Position numbers and translations under genes: made by a program. DNA of 64,000 nt from the human T2T-CHM13v2.0 reference genome, Homo sapiens. The notes beneath the pieces were generated by a model. It searched no databases. It saw nothing but the letters and a program-made list of their open reading frames with translations, and had not been told where the DNA came from. Each line of letters begins with the position of its first letter. Position 1 is the stretch's first letter. Of this stretch, positions 27,322 to 41,843 are shown piece after piece. The DNA lies in NCBI RefSeq assembly GCF_009914755.1, contig NC_060935.1, one strand, 5' to 3'.

Positions 27322-28380
27322 ACTGCTATGTACGACATGAGACTATAATTCCTCCTCCCTCTGCCCGCACCAAAGGAAACTTGATAATCAACTAACTGCT
27401 ATTCTTTTCTTAATAGTGATCCATAAAAACAATAGCAGAAAGATTTTTTACTTTGGCTAAAAAGCCAATAACTGGCATTCAAGGCCCCTGATGGAGTATA
27501 GCTCTAAAGGAATACATCTTCTTAATGCTCTTGTTTGGCTTAAATTAAAAGTGTTCAGCTTCATGCCTTCGCAAGGAAAGGTGCCTGCTAAAGCTTTAAT
27601 TTTACATGGGAAAATGATTGCTTTTTCACTAATTGGAATGAATGGGAACCCTTTCTTCAATTCATTTAAACTCAGGTGAAAACAAAGTGAGTCACTTTGC
27701 AGAAAGAAGTACAGGAACTTGCAGATTCCTCCCTACCACCCTTGAGTTCTGAGATCAGTGTACAAAAAGTCACTTCCATCAGTTATCCTCACATTAGAGA
27801 ATTAGGCAGAGAAAAGCATCCAGGTTTCTCTCACTTTTAATCAGGACAAGGTATAGGAAAATGCTGTTGACATTTCAAAAAAAGTTGAGAGAAGTGAAGG
27901 TCAAGAGTGAATAGAAAAAGATGTTGATTTAACTGAACTACGGTGGCACTTAAGAGGTCGCTGAGCAGAGACAAGGTGCAAAGGAAATAGGAATAGCTTA
28001 TAGACTGGTAACACAATATGTGCCAATAGAAGCAGCCACCGAAAGGATTCTGTCATTTGTGTGTGTGCCCCAAGGCAGTTTTGGTTTTTTTGAAAGGAGG
28101 AAAGGAGGATTTTATTTGGAACATGTGGTGTTCACATGTTCCTGCAAAGGAGAATAGACATGGCAAATAAGTTTCAACTCATGTGCAGCTCTGAATATGT
28201 GGATTATTATCTCCCTGGAGAATTGTGTTGGGATGCATTCTGAGGAAGGAGCATCAGTTAAGGAGAATTAATGAATTAATATGAATGTGAATGTTGTGCA
28301 CGTGCATTGGTGGGACCAAAAGTCAATCACTGATGGCCCTGGGTCCAAGCGGGCTCTGTGAGAGGTTTTTAAAAATTTTT

Positions 28381-28797
<417 letters not shown>

Positions 28798-29449
28798 GTT
28801 TGGCCCAGCTGGTCTTTTAAAAAGATTTGAACTAAACATTTAAGAGTAGAGATATTTCATTTTTTTTTTTTTTGCCCCCTACCCCTACCCTTCCACATTT
28901 TCAGTTTCTTTTATAAACTCCAGCAATACTGGGTATTTCTGCATGACAATGGCAGGATGGAGCTAGGTAGTAGCTCAGTTTAAGCATGGCCCCTGTGGAC
29001 ACTGGGCTGTGTGATCCCAGGCCCTAGGCTAATTATACCTTCTGGGCTCAGGGTTCATGTGGCTGTGGATTGAGGATGTGGCTAGCAGATGGCCTCAAAA
29101 GTCAGGAAGTGCTGAAATTTTAAGACTATTCCGGCCTAAAAAGCAGAATAAAGGGTTGGCAAGTATGGCCAAAGCAGATGTCTTTTAGTAGTGTGAACAA
29201 GACCAAGACCACAGACCGTAGTGTTCCCAAAATACATGCTGACTGCAGTCTTTTCTGGAGGGGATGGGCAGTCCAAAGTTCTGTGAGGAGAAAGCTGTGA
29301 CCTATACAGTCTAGATTCTGGAGAAGTCCTCTTTGCTCTATTTATGTTACTTCTGGGCATCATCTTTAATGGGTGCAAAAGTGACACATCCCATCAATCT
29401 ACCATTTTTATTCTTCGATAAAAAAATGGAATTAGTAGTATAGATTAAG

Positions 29450-29870
29450 CCACTTCTTCGAACTCTAGATCCACATGTCCAACTGTCTATTTCCTATCCT
29501 TGCTGTTTTTGTCATATAATTCAAGCATTAAGTGTCCAAAATGAAACTCATTCTTCCCTTCCTTCCCCACGAGATCTGGTTCTTTCTGGTGTTTTTATCT
29601 CAAGGAATAGGACTTCCTCCATTCAGCTATAAAAACCAGGAAGCTCTTGCTCTTTATCTGCTATCCCCTCACCCTTTATCCAAACATGAATCCCAGTCAA
29701 TTTTGCCCTAAGTACCTGTTGAATCTTCCCACTCCTCTCTGGCTTTCCTGCCATCAGTCCTCTGGCCTCCCTCCAAAAGTTTTTTCACATGGCAGTTATG
29801 AAACCCCAAACTGGTCATGTCTTTTTCCTGCCTCAACACGGTTCAATAGCTTTCTATTGCTCTCAAGATC
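29450..29870 (+). mobile_element. L2 fragment
   Basis: ctctagatccacatgtccaactgtcta...gtgtccaaaatgaaactcatt. Confidence 0.55.
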
Positions 29871-30372
29871 CAAGCCCCACATTCTTTGCCCACACTTACA
29901 TCCTCACAAAGGCTTGGCATTTGCCCTTTACACACCTTGCAAAGTTTGCCACCTTCCCTCGTATCTTAATAAATCCATTTTTATAGGAAAGCAAATCACT
30001 CCAGTTCCCAGCCCAAAGCATGATTAAATGAGATGTTTCTGTAAGAGAAAAAAAGAGACAAATTATTTTGCTTTTCTTTGGGTGATACTTGATTTTTAAT
30101 TTATTCTTTCAGTACTTGCTGTGATTGCAGCAGTTAATTCCAATTTTTTTTTTCCTGCTGCTTAAATGTCAGCAGCCCATCTTTACTTAGAACTGATAGA
30201 AGTAATTGTTTCAGGTACTTGAACTGAATAGTGATTAAGTGGCCTAGGACCAATTTGAGGGTTAGCCTTCCAGTCCTTTCAGAAGCAAATTTTAGAAACA
30301 TCTGGTTTGGGACTAAAGTTCTATAGATCATCTTGCCTTCAGAGGGCCAGCATCCTTTGAGTTTACTTTCTT

Positions 30373-30670
30373 TTTTTTTTTTTTTTTTTTTTGAGACTGC
30401 GTCTCGCTCTGTCGCCAGGCTGGAGTGCAGTGGCATGATCCCAGCTCACTGCAACCTCCGCCTCCTGGGTTCAAGCGGTTCTCTTGCCAGCCTTCTGAGT
30501 AGCTGGGACTACAAGTGCGCACCACCACACCTGGCTAATTTTTTGTATTTTTAGTAGAGACGGGGTTTCACCATATTGGCCAGGCTGGTCTTGGACTCCT
30601 GACCTTGAGATCCACCCGCCTCGGGCTCCCAAAGTCCTGGGATTACAGGCATGAGCCACCGTGCCCGGCC
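30373..30670 (-). mobile_element. AluS (Sc/Sg-like)
   Basis: Perfect TSD gagtttactttctt at 30359-30372 and 30671-30684. Confidence 0.95.
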
Positions 30671-30771
30671 GAGTTTACTTTCTTGGTTGTTTTGGGAGGT
30701 CAAGTCTTAAACTCTGAGTGACCATTTTGTGCCAATTATTAATAAAAGAAGGAGATGATAGTCTATAGAGT

Positions 30772-30960
30772 TGTGCTGTCCAATAAGGTAGTCAGTAGCT
30801 ATATATGGCTATTTAAATTTGTTAAAGTTAAATAAAATTAAAAACGTAGTTTCTCAGTTTGAGTAAGTATATTTCAAAAGCGCAATATGCACATGGCTAG
30901 TGGCTACCATATTGGACAGTAAAGATGTAGAATACCATCACAGAAAGTTCTGTTGGATGG
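30772..30960. mobile_element. MER3-like hAT-Charlie MITE
   Basis: gtgctgtccaata...tggctatttaaattt...acatggctagtggctaccatattggacag...gaaagttctgttgga. Confidence 0.8.
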
Positions 30961-31649
30961 CTTCCCTCAGCAGAGATCTTTGCTTGACATATAATATATC
31001 TATAGTAACACATATTCATTAAGTTAGTAATCAATCTCTTATTTTCCATAATAGTTGCTGTTATTTGTTTTTAGTAAAATCATAAGAAAGGTAAATCCAT
31101 GTGGTTTGGAGGGAAGGAAATAGGCCAAATGATAAAACGTGGAAGGTAGTGGAATCTGAAGAGGGAGTCCCTTCTAAGGGTCCTTGGGGTATAGAGTGGA
31201 GTAGGCTGGGTTTGGGTGGTTTTGTCCTGTACCATGCTGGCTCCCATGTGGACACAGACAGGATTATCATGTGATTTATGTCTATAGAAAATCCCAATCT
31301 AGGGCCCTTTTCACTTTTCCATAGGATTGGGTCAATTATTAATGTGAAAAATGAGCCACCCTCACATGGGGAGTTGGACAACTACATGCAAGTGATGTGC
31401 ACCTTCCAAAAAATTCCTGCCTTCTGCCACAACACTGCTGCCCATTATCTGAAGCATCTGCTACTTGTAAAGTGCCTGCATAGCTACACTCTCAGTTTGC
31501 TGCCACTTGATTTTCTCTTTGTTTGCTTTCTGAGGCTGTAGAAAAGTGGACAATTCTACTTTGGTACCTGGTGTAGGTAGGTGATTTGATTTTATTATAG
31601 TTCAGCTGAGTGATTGCCATTGTTCTCCTATATAATAATAATGATAATA

Positions 31650-32285
<636 letters not shown>

Positions 32286-32829
32286 TAAGGAGGCTTAAGG
32301 AGGTTGAGTAATGTTTCCAAGGCCATATTTTCATACATGGAGGAGCTAGGGCAGGAACCCTCACCATTCTGATGCCAGTCAGATCCTTAACTCCAACCGA
32401 CTCCTTCTAAGACATGACTATATCCAGCTATGTCGATGTGTTAACAAGTAAGATAATGTATATGGGAGTGGTTTAGAAATTATGTCAAGGTAGGATTATC
32501 ATTGTCACCAATAAGAAGGACTATGTTAATTGAATTTTTCTCTGATTTATAACACCAGCAGTTTTTTTTTCCCCCAAAGAAGTAAATTTGCTTTCTCTAG
32601 TTCCTTAAAAAGGGAGGTTTTCATGCCTATGACTTTGATCAGAGCTGCTGGAGAGTTTCCAAATTAGACTAAAATAACATATGCAGGGATTAGTCCTGAG
32701 GAACAGAAACCTAACCTTCATGGAAGTGAAGGTGCCAATTAGCATTTCAGAATACTAAACATCCTAGGTACTGGTTGGCAATTATTCTCAACAAAGATTT
32801 ATGGATGTTGATATGTCAGAAACTGAATT

Positions 32830-33420
32830 GGGTAACAGGTGTATAAAAATAATTTAGACATGGTTCCTACCTTAAGGGGCACAGAATTTGGTGGAGGAGG
32901 AGAATATATAAGCAATGTTTTCTAAGTTGTCTGGGGAATTTGTGTTCATAGAAGCAATGACATTTAATCTAGATCTTGATGGATGGTCTGAGAAAAGCAG
33001 AAAATTTCTAAATGGAAAGAGAAAGAACAAATCACAGGGACCTACTGAGTTAAGTTATTTCTTGATTAAATAAAGTTGTTTGAGAGGGTTAGAGCTTAGA
33101 ACACACAGGGACAGGTTTAAAGATAAACTTGGGCAGTTGGAGAAAAACTTGGGCAGTTAGGCTGTGCTGAGAATCATACTAAGAAATTTGGACCCTATTC
33201 CAGACACTAGGGAGCTATGGAAGGTTTTAGACGAAAGGGTAACTGTTTAGAAAGATAACTTGGCACCTTTATGGAGGATTAATATGCAGGAGGGTTGAGT
33301 CTGGAGGCTGAACAGTTGATTGAATATTCCAGATAGTCCAAGTGAGGTCGGAATGTTGAGGGAGAGGATGGGTTCAAGAGACATTTTAGATAAAAAATTG
33401 GCAGTGCTTGGTGACTCAAA
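32830..33420 (-). mobile_element. L2 fragment
   Basis: agacatggttcctaccttaagggg...gggagctatggaaggtttt...tttagaaagataact...agatagtccaagtgag. Confidence 0.55.
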
Positions 33421-34119
33421 ATAAAGAGGTAGGATAAAGGAAGAAGTTCAAATCCTGTTATTTAGTGCTTACAATGTGCCCGTGCTGTGCTAAGCACTAG
33501 AAATACAAAAATAATTAAGGAATGGCTCCTGTGTTTAAGTAGCTGGAAAGAAATAAAAGTATAATAAATACATACAATATAATATTATGCTTGCAAAGAT
33601 AGATAATGTGTAAAGAATCAACACACAGGAGGCTGCCAAGAATGATTCTACATTTTCTAGCTCCAGGGACTGGTTGGTTGTTGGTGTCTTTGAATAAGAT
33701 AGAGAGAGAGAGAGAAAAAAAAAAAAAGGAATAGGAGTAGGTTTCTGGAGGTTTCTAAAGCATTGGTTTTGGTGTACACAAGGCAGTTGGAACTTAAAGA
33801 TATTCTTGCCGTAGCCAGACACAATCCAGCTCATTCTGGATTTGCAAGAGTTACAGACAAAGGAAAACAGTAATTATCTTTTTAAAAAAACCCTGCTGGC
33901 ATAATGTTTTTCCTTTTAAATGGCTTTGTTATGAATATAAAGAGAGAGAAAGACTATTAAATGCCTCTTTACCTCCCACAGTCCTGGTTTGGGTTCTAAA
34001 AATTCTTCCTACACTAATTATGAGGGTTCTGCCTATTCACCCTGAAAACTTCTGGTTCAGTTATTATTATTATTTTTGTAGAATTAGCACTTAATTCTAA
34101 GCTTGTTTTTATTTTGCAG

Positions 34120-34180
34120 GCAAGAGATATCCTAAGATATTTAGAGGGTCTCATAATCGGCATTGCTTTCTAAAGTTCAG
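34120..34180 (+). ncRNA. Candidate 61-nt internal exon
   Basis: cacttaat branch-like site, cttgtttttattttgcAG| ... CAG|GTAACC. Confidence 0.3.
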
Positions 34181-34859
34181 GTAACCTGTACCTTTTCAGC
34201 GACCTGTACTTTGTATGGATTAGACAGTAATTTATGGGTAAGTGAAGATTTTTGCAAACGATTTCATAGTCCGCAAAGATTAATAAAAGAGCCATGTACA
34301 AATATGTGAACTTAAACAACTATCTGGAAAGCAAGTTTAACAAAAGCCAAAAATGAGTACAGTATCAAAATCAGCTAAGAAATTATTCTGAACTCTGTAA
34401 AATTTTTCTTTTGTAAATAGAAAATTTCTTCTAGGGAGGTCAAGGAACTTGGATAATACTGCCCCACTTTCAGCGCTCATTTGGAGCCTCAAATATGTGA
34501 GTTCACTAGAGAATAATTATAACCCTGATGTTAGGAATCATGGATGACATATGATTATAGGTTTTCCATATAATAATGAGAGGGAAGCTTTATGCCTCAC
34601 TGTGTTCAGAAGAAAAGAGATTATAACTTGGAAATGAGCATAAACAGATCTGGGCCATCACTTATATGAGCACAAAGAAGGCATCTGAGGCCAGCTGTAT
34701 TAGGATGGAATGTTCTCAGCCTTTTGGTTTTCATGGACCCACTGGGAGGTGAGGTTTCGGTGGGGGAAAGTAACCTTTTATTCTGCCAACACAAAACCTC
34801 ACCATCTACTATCACTGTGCTTTAGGAATGGACAGTTTACCACCCAAGTACAGGAAGGA

Positions 34860-35680
34860 CATTGTGTGGCAGTGATTGCTGCACGTTCAACAGAAGCCAC
34901 AGCCAGACTACAGTTCCCAGCCTCCCTCGTAGTGAGATGAGCCATCGGGATGTGGCACAAACGAGGTTCATCACTTGCCGTCCCAGCCTATAAAAACCTC
35001 CCACACAATTCTCCTCTCTTTAGCTTCCCATCTATAGGACAGACACTAAGCATCCTGCATAGGACCCAAGGGCCTAGTGGTGACCGAATCACAGGGAGCC
35101 CAAGTACCCAAACGACCCTTCCACCAAATGGGTGGAAGGCCACCTGTTGACCCAGAATATTCTTACTGGATTACAAGTGAGTAATGCAGAGTTGACTCAC
35201 ACCTCTGAGGAGGGGACATTGAACAGCAGTGCTGATATCTCTGGGAGCTCCATGATGCTTATTCTGGGATTAGGGAAAAAACTGGAAACTGGAACCAACT
35301 GCTTTTAGAACCAGGGACTGTCACCAGGTAAAGAAGTAGTGCCCAAGTGACATTTACAGGTATAGCAAAACAAAACAACCTCCCCCGGAACCATTAACAA
35401 GCAACAAACCAAAACTAAAAACCAGCCCAGGAAGCAGCATGTCCCTTATCTCTCCTCCATTCTTGCAGTCTCCTTCCAGAACCTGCTACTGGCAGAACCT
35501 TCAGGAAGAAGTTGGCAAAGTCGAATATGCTTTGCAGAATTCCAGACCCACTGTCACAAAACTGAATATAGAAAAATGGCTTTCCAGTAAAGAGGCAATA
35601 ACTTAATTACCAGCATAAGAAGACATATACTTTCATTGTGTTAAACCACTAAGATATTTGGTATTCGTTACAGCAGCTAA
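34860..35680 (+). mobile_element. Old ERVL-type LTR (LTR16-like) with a nested LTR fragment
   Basis: agactacagttcccagcctccctcgtagtgagatg...; terminus cattgtgttaaaccactaagatatttgg..ttacagcagcta. Confidence 0.45.
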
Positions 35681-36065
35681 TAAAAACAGATATTTAAATG
35701 GGATACATTTAGTTTTATGAAAACTCACTATAGTTTCCTTGTTCTTTTTTCTTATTTCATTAAGGAATTGGTGAAAATTCACCTCCTGGCACTGTTCATG
35801 GGGAGGGGTGTGGAAACTATTGGTGTAGATAGCTCCACTCTCTTTTCCAAGTGTGTGTGTGTATTCTCAGATGTTCATAGAATCCTGTGTGTGGGTGAGT
35901 GTATAAAAGGAAGAAAAAAATGTGTTTGGGGGCAGGAGCCAGGGGAGATTGGAAGATGAAGCAGATGAGAGAAACTTTGGATTCAAGAGCTGCTTTGGGG
36001 CCCAGGTGACACGATGTGGCATATAGATGGGAAAGAGTTTATATTCTCTATACATATTTTTTCCC

Positions 36066-36338
36066 TGTTTTTTAGAAATAGGGTCTTGCCATGTTTCCCA
36101 GGCTAGAGTGCAGTGGTTCAGTCACAGCTCACTGCAACCTCCAACTCCTCGGCTCAAACAATCCTGCCTCAGCCTCCTGAGTAGCTGGGACTACGGGAGT
36201 GCCCCACCACACCTGGCTAATTTTGTATTTGTCTCACTATGTTTCCCAGGCTAGTCTCAAACTCCTGGGCTTAAGTGATCCTCTCACCTCAGTCTCCCAA
36301 AGTGTTGGGATTACAGGCATGAGCCACCATGCCCAGCC
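36066..36338 (-). mobile_element. AluJ with internal deletion
   Basis: cacagctcactgcaacctccaactcctcggctcaaacaatcc; ctcctgggcttaagtgatcc. Confidence 0.88.
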
Positions 36339-36359
36339 TCTATACTTCTTTTTCTTCTT

Positions 36360-36565
36360 TTTAAAAATTAATTTTGTTGCTCAAGGTATTCCAGAAACAG
36401 CCATTGTATTTGGCTCCATGCCCCTTTGACACAATGCCTCCATCATTGTGGGTCTTCTTCTTCTTCTTTTTTCTTTTTTAGTACTTTTTAAATTTCTGAC
36501 ATTCTAACATGTTCCAGGCTCACTTGTGTATTTTCTGCCCTGTTCCTAGCATTTCTACATTTCTT
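36360..36565 (-). mobile_element. Old L1M (L1MC/MD-like) 3' fragment
   Basis: ttttgttgctcaa...ttggctccatgcccctttgaca...atgttccaggctcacttgtgtattttctgccc. Confidence 0.55.
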
Positions 36566-36624
36566 TATGGGCCTTGATAATTCTGGCCGCCCAAGAACTG
36601 AGGGCTTTGAATGCATTCCAAGAA

Positions 36625-37560
36625 GGCACGTGAGCTGGCCTTCCTGGCCTCAGCTCTTCCCCTTATCCCCCTTCTCTCACTGCTCTCACTGTACTGGTAT
36701 CCTAGCTATTCCTGGACAGGCTTACTCCTACCCCAGGACCTTTGCACTTGCTACTCCCTCAGCCTAGGATGCTCTGTTCTCAGATTCCACTAGCTCATTG
36801 CTCACTTCCTTTGGGTCTCTGTTCAAATGTCACTTTATTAGCAAGGCCTTCTTTTGTCACTCTGCATCATCCCCCATCCCCTGCCTACCCACGCTCATTC
36901 TGGACTCGAATTACCATCTGAACACATGATATACAATATTTTTTTTCTTGATTATGATCTGTATCCCAATGATAGAAGATACGTTTTATGAGAATAGGTT
37001 TTTTTTTGTCTGTTTTGTTTACTTCTATATTCCTGGTACCTAGGAGAGCTCCTGGTCCACAATAGACACTTATTACATATTTGTTGAATTATTATAATAT
37101 TGTTTTTGCTGATTCCTGACATAGACATGCCACTCATATCCTATGACCTTTCTTTATAACGTATCTCCTATTTTGTCAGTCCCGTGTTTAAAACTCTTCA
37201 GATGTTTTCTCTTTGCTGTCAAAATAAATTCCAGACTCCTTCATATGGCCTGCAAGGCCTTCTCAATCTGTCCCTGTCAAGACTCCAGCCACACCTCTTG
37301 TCACTCATCTCTTTCCACTCTACTCTCCTGCCACATTGAAATACTTGCAGTATCCAGTGGATGCATGGTCCCTTTTACTCTCTGGGTTTTGTGCATGGCC
37401 TCTCCTCCTTTGAAGATACTTTCCACCCCTTTTATCCTTTATGGTTCAACTTTAGACATCATCTCTTCTGGGAAGACATTTTGCCCTCAAGACAGGGTTA
37501 GTCCAATAGTACTAGATATTTACCTCCATCATAGCACCTACCATGGTATATTTTGATGGC
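36625..37560 (+). mobile_element. Two L2 fragments (the first includes the 3' end)
   Basis: caggacctttgcacttgct...tctgttcaaatgtcac...catatttgttgaatt; second piece aataaattccagactcctt..tggcctgcaaggcc. Confidence 0.75.
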
Positions 37561-37586
37561 CTAGTTTATTGCAATTTAGAACAAGT

Positions 37587-37968
37587 CTGCCTTAGTCTGC
37601 CCAGGCTGTCATAATAAAATACCCTAGACTGAGTGGCTTTAACAAGAGAAATTTATTTTCTCACAGTTCTGGAGGCTGGAAGTCTGAAATAAGGGGCCAG
37701 CATGGTCAGGTGCTGGTGAGGGCTCTCTTCCTGGCTTGTGACCTCATATGACCATTCCTCAGTATACATGTGTGGAGAAAGAAAGACTGCAAGCTCTTCT
37801 TCTTCTTACAAGGCCACCAATCCTATCAGATAAGGACCCTATCCTTATGACCCCACCCTTATGACCTCAACCTTATTTCCTTCCTAAAAGCCCTATTTCT
37901 CAACGCAGTCGCATTGCAGTTTAGGGCTTCAATATATGACATTCAGGGACAGAATTCAGTCCATAGCA
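37587..37968 (-). mobile_element. MLT1A0-like MaLR solo LTR
   Basis: cttagtctgcccaggctgtcataataaaatacc...atttattttctcacagttctggaggctggaagtctga...ttcagtccatagca. Confidence 0.85.
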
Positions 37969-39689
37969 GAAATCCTACTGTGAATTTTATTAGTTAAAAC
38001 ATTACACACCCATCAAACTAAGACTCACATAACTATTTCCAACAGAAGACGTGTAAGAATGAAATGGGAAAGAAAGAAGGACGAAGCTGAGCTATGAGAA
38101 ACCCAGCAGGGAATGAGGACGTTGTGGCTGGCGTATCTGCTACTGAAATGCTGGAATCTTACAGGAACTTTCTACCAAGGTCACACTGAGTGAGGATAAT
38201 GCTCCGTGTGTGAAGACTGTGTCCCTCTTTGGCATGTTTCAGACAGTGTCTGATGTTGGAAAGATGAATCTAGGAAAATGGTGTTGTAGGATGCCTTCAA
38301 TTAAAAAACAAATGAACAAGACCAGGGTCAGTCAGCACTGGAGATCTGTAAGGAGGGGCAAGCTCCCTCTTGCAGAAACTGGAGCCAGGTGGGGTTCAGG
38401 ACTGTGTAACAAACCTTGTACTAAGGATGTTTGGCAGAGTAACAGGGAATAATTTGGGGTTCTCATACTAAGTCCTTTGTTTCAGGGGTACTGGAATGGT
38501 AATGGGAAATCTGAGGAGCAGCTCAGTCAGGAAGGGCCCAGGGAATACTGCATGTCTGGGTGATGGGCACACCCCGAGAATTCAGCAGTGCAGAGCCTCC
38601 CATGGCTTCATAGGAGCCTTGCTAGGAGTGGATCACTGGATCCCAGGATTGGAAACTTTCTTAACCCCTGTGATTATTCCTCTAGTCCCACGAGCCTTTT
38701 TCCTCACAGTTATGCCCTCCTGGAGTTTCCAGAGTAACCTACAAAATACAAAGAAAAAGCCATTTCATTGTAACTGGTAACTTTATGTTATTATCAGGAT
38801 GTCAAGGGCCTCCAGGGGAGAGAGGAGTATAAAGTTTTAAGCTTTGGACCCAGGTTTATAGAGATCACAGAAGTCTCTTCTCCCCAGGAGGAACCCTCTC
38901 CTCTATTAGGAGGGGAGACTTCTGATGTTAAAACTTATGACAGCCAAGGCAAGTAGTGCCTCCAGACTCCTACTGCCCCAGGCTTTTTACAGTCAAGACC
39001 TTCATCAGGCTTCTGAATATCCAAATTGCCTACCTTTTACATACCAGAGGGGAACAGGGAGGATTACCAGGATGTCTTAACAGAGTTATCTGTATGAACA
39101 GAAAGAATAGAGCATTTATTTGCAGATTTATAGAGCAATGAAATAATTCTGCTTTATAACTACCAAATCCCAGGCCATGGGAAGGATGTGGATAAGATTT
39201 CAGAATGGTTTCAAAATCACTTTATGATTTAAATGGTTCCTACTCTGTGGTTTCTACTTCTCTGATGTACTTTTCAGCCCTCACATCCAAGGTGCCGATA
39301 CACCATGAACAACTTGCACTATTTTGCAGACAGTGGGATGACAGAGAGAGGAGTCCAAGGTGACATTTGGGCTCATATTCTTTAAGCTCAATTTTTTACC
39401 TGGAAAATGAGTATAATAAGATGCTGCTTTCTGTAGGGTTGTTAGTGAAACAATGCATGTAAACTGCTATGTAGTAAGCATCTAATAAACAGGAGTTGTT
39501 ATTATCACATTCACATCTCCCATACTAGAGTATCCATGCCACAGGAGGACAAGAGATGACCTTATTCACCTCCAGATGATCACATAGTCTGTAGCACATA
39601 ACAATTGGTTGGTGATTGCTCAATGAATAAGGAAATGGACTGAACTACTCTTTTCAATGCTATCAAAAGTTTTTAAATCCTAGTAATAA

Positions 39690-39875
39690 TATAATTGTTT
39701 TAACTTGTATGTGCACCAGTCACCTGACATGCCAGTTAAAATGCAGAATCCTGGGTCCCATCCCTAGAGATTTTGATTCAGTAGGTCTGAAGTAGAGCTC
39801 AGCAATATGAATGCAAGAGAAGTTCCTCAGATATTTCTGATAGAGGAGGGTCTTGGTCTAAACTTTGAGAAATAC
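39690..39875. mobile_element. MER5-family hAT MITE
   Basis: gttaaaatgcagaatcctgggtcccatccctagagattttgattcagtaggtctg...actttgagaaatact. Confidence 0.75.
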
Positions 39876-39931
39876 TTTTAGGTTCACTGGTTTACAAGTT
39901 GAATTGTGCATGGGAAAAGTGATTTCTGTAT

Positions 39932-40495
39932 ATCAGTTGGGGTTCAGGGAGGACAAAAGAGCCACAGTAAGTATTGTGGGAATAAGGGATTGACCATAGA
40001 AATTTGAACTTACGCAACATGGTTGGGAAGAACTGGGGAAGGGAAAGTCTGGAAAGGACAGTAGGAGAGCCAAACAGTCACTAAACATGATTAATAGGAG
40101 ACCTGGTACAGGTGGGTAGGTCACAGTGTGCAGGAAACCCCCATATCCTGTGTGTGTGTCTGACTGCTGGTGTGGAACTGCAAAGAAGGTTGACAGAGAA
40201 GTCTGGAGAGCCTGTGCCCCTGAAGTTTGCCTTGGGGCTGCTTTTGTTTAGTGGGGCCACTTTTGTTTGGTGGGGCCAGCGTTAGAAAGAAGAGATGGAA
40301 ACTGGACCCCAGTAGCTGCATTCGTATCTGTCTGTCACCACGTCTGCCCACTGTGACTTTCTGAGAATAATGACTTCTTCATTTCTTCTGCAAGTTCCTC
40401 TTTTGGGTAACTCCAACTCAGATCCACATAGGACAGAAGCTTCTGGACCATGTAATTTCCAGCTTTCATCAAGTGGACATAGCACACTCTGACAC
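39932..40495. mobile_element. Old LTR element (family uncertain)
   Basis: atcagttggggttcaggg ... gactctgacaca-like ends resemble ancient eutherian LTRs. Confidence 0.35.
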
Positions 40496-40947
40496 ATCTT
40501 AATGCACTAAAAATTACACGTTTGACACCCTCTCCATCCTGCTGCTTTTGGTCTCTGAGTGCTGGGTGTTCACTCTTCTTGAGTTTTTGTGTATTTCAAG
40601 AGCACTTTTGAGAGAATTCCAATGTTTTTATGAGTAAGAAGTTTGTAACTTTTTGCAAACCCAAGTTTATTTGGCATGTTGGGAAAACACGCACAGTGAG
40701 CTGCATCCTTGAGCCAGCCTGTCATCAGTAAATAAAAGACAATAGATATATATGTGACATGAGTGGAATAAGTTTAGAATCATATTATTAGGGAAATTGG
40801 CATTTTAGTATTCAGCCTATTACAAACAGAGAGATACAGGCATATCCTTAAGATGGGCATCCCTGGGCAGCTTCAAAGATGATCTTTGTGAATGAACAGC
40901 TCTGGAGATGGTGGGATCCTGTCTGCCAAGTAAAAGTGGAAGATGAC

Positions 40948-41797
40948 TGTAGTAGGTTGACTAATGGCCTGTGTATTAATTCATTTTCATACTGTTATGA
41001 AGAAATACCAGAGACTGTATTTTATAAGTAAAAAGAGGTTTTAATGGACTCACAGTTCCACATGTCTGGGGAGGCCTCACAATCATGGTGGAAGGCAAAG
41101 TAGGAGCAAAGGCGCGTCTTACATGGTGGCAGACAAGACAGCATGTGCAGGGGAACTGCCCTTTATAAAACCATCAGATCTTATGAGTCTTATTCACTAT
41201 CATGAGACTTATTCATTATTATGAGAATTATTGTCCATCATGAGAACAGCATGGGAAAGACCCACCGGGTCCCTCCCATGACACATGGGAATTGTGGGAA
41301 CTATAGTTCAAGATGAGATTTGAGTGGGGACATAGCCAAACCATATCAGCCCCCTAAGTATCAGGTCCTAATCCTTGGAACCTATAAATGTTGCAAATGA
41401 AATGTGTTATAAAATTTTATAATTTTTAATAATTGTAAAATATGTTACAAATGGTAAAAGAGTCTTTGCAGATAGGATAAAGTTAAGGAGGCTGATGTGG
41501 GGATATTATTGTGGATTACTGGGTGGGCTAAATGCCAACATAAGTGTCATTATAAAAGAGACAGAAGATTAGGCACAGAGACAGAGGGAGGGAGGAGGTG
41601 ACCACAGAGGCAGAGGTTGGAATGATTTGCTGGGGCCAGCCTCTATAAGGGGCATTGCCTTGCTGACACCCTGATTTCAGCCCAGTGGTACTGATTTTGT
41701 ACTTCCAGCCTCCAGAACTGTGTGAGAGTAAATTTCTGTTGTTTTAAGCCACGAAGTATTTGGTAATTTGTTACAGCAGCCACCGAAAACTAATGTA
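40948..41797 (+). mobile_element. MLT1C/D-type LTR, interrupted by THE1
   Basis: tgtagtaggttgactaatggcc [THE1] ccctaagtatcaggtcctaatccttggaacc...acttccagcctccagaactgtg...ttgttacagcagc. Confidence 0.8.
40972..41348 (-). mobile_element. THE1 (THE1B-like) solo LTR
   Basis: ttaatggactcacagttccacatg...ggaggcctcacaatcatgg...ggggacatagccaaaccatatca. Confidence 0.9.
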
Positions 41798-41806
41798 ATA
41801 TACTTT

Positions 41807-41841
<35 letters not shown>

Positions 41842-41843
41842 TT
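41807..41843 (+). repeat. (TTTA)n microsatellite
   Basis: About 9 units, read directly. Confidence 0.9.

Noticed and set aside
33125-33158. Direct repeat aaacttgggcagtt x2 (period 20)
   Set aside because: Only two copies, within an L2; a simple slippage duplication, not an array
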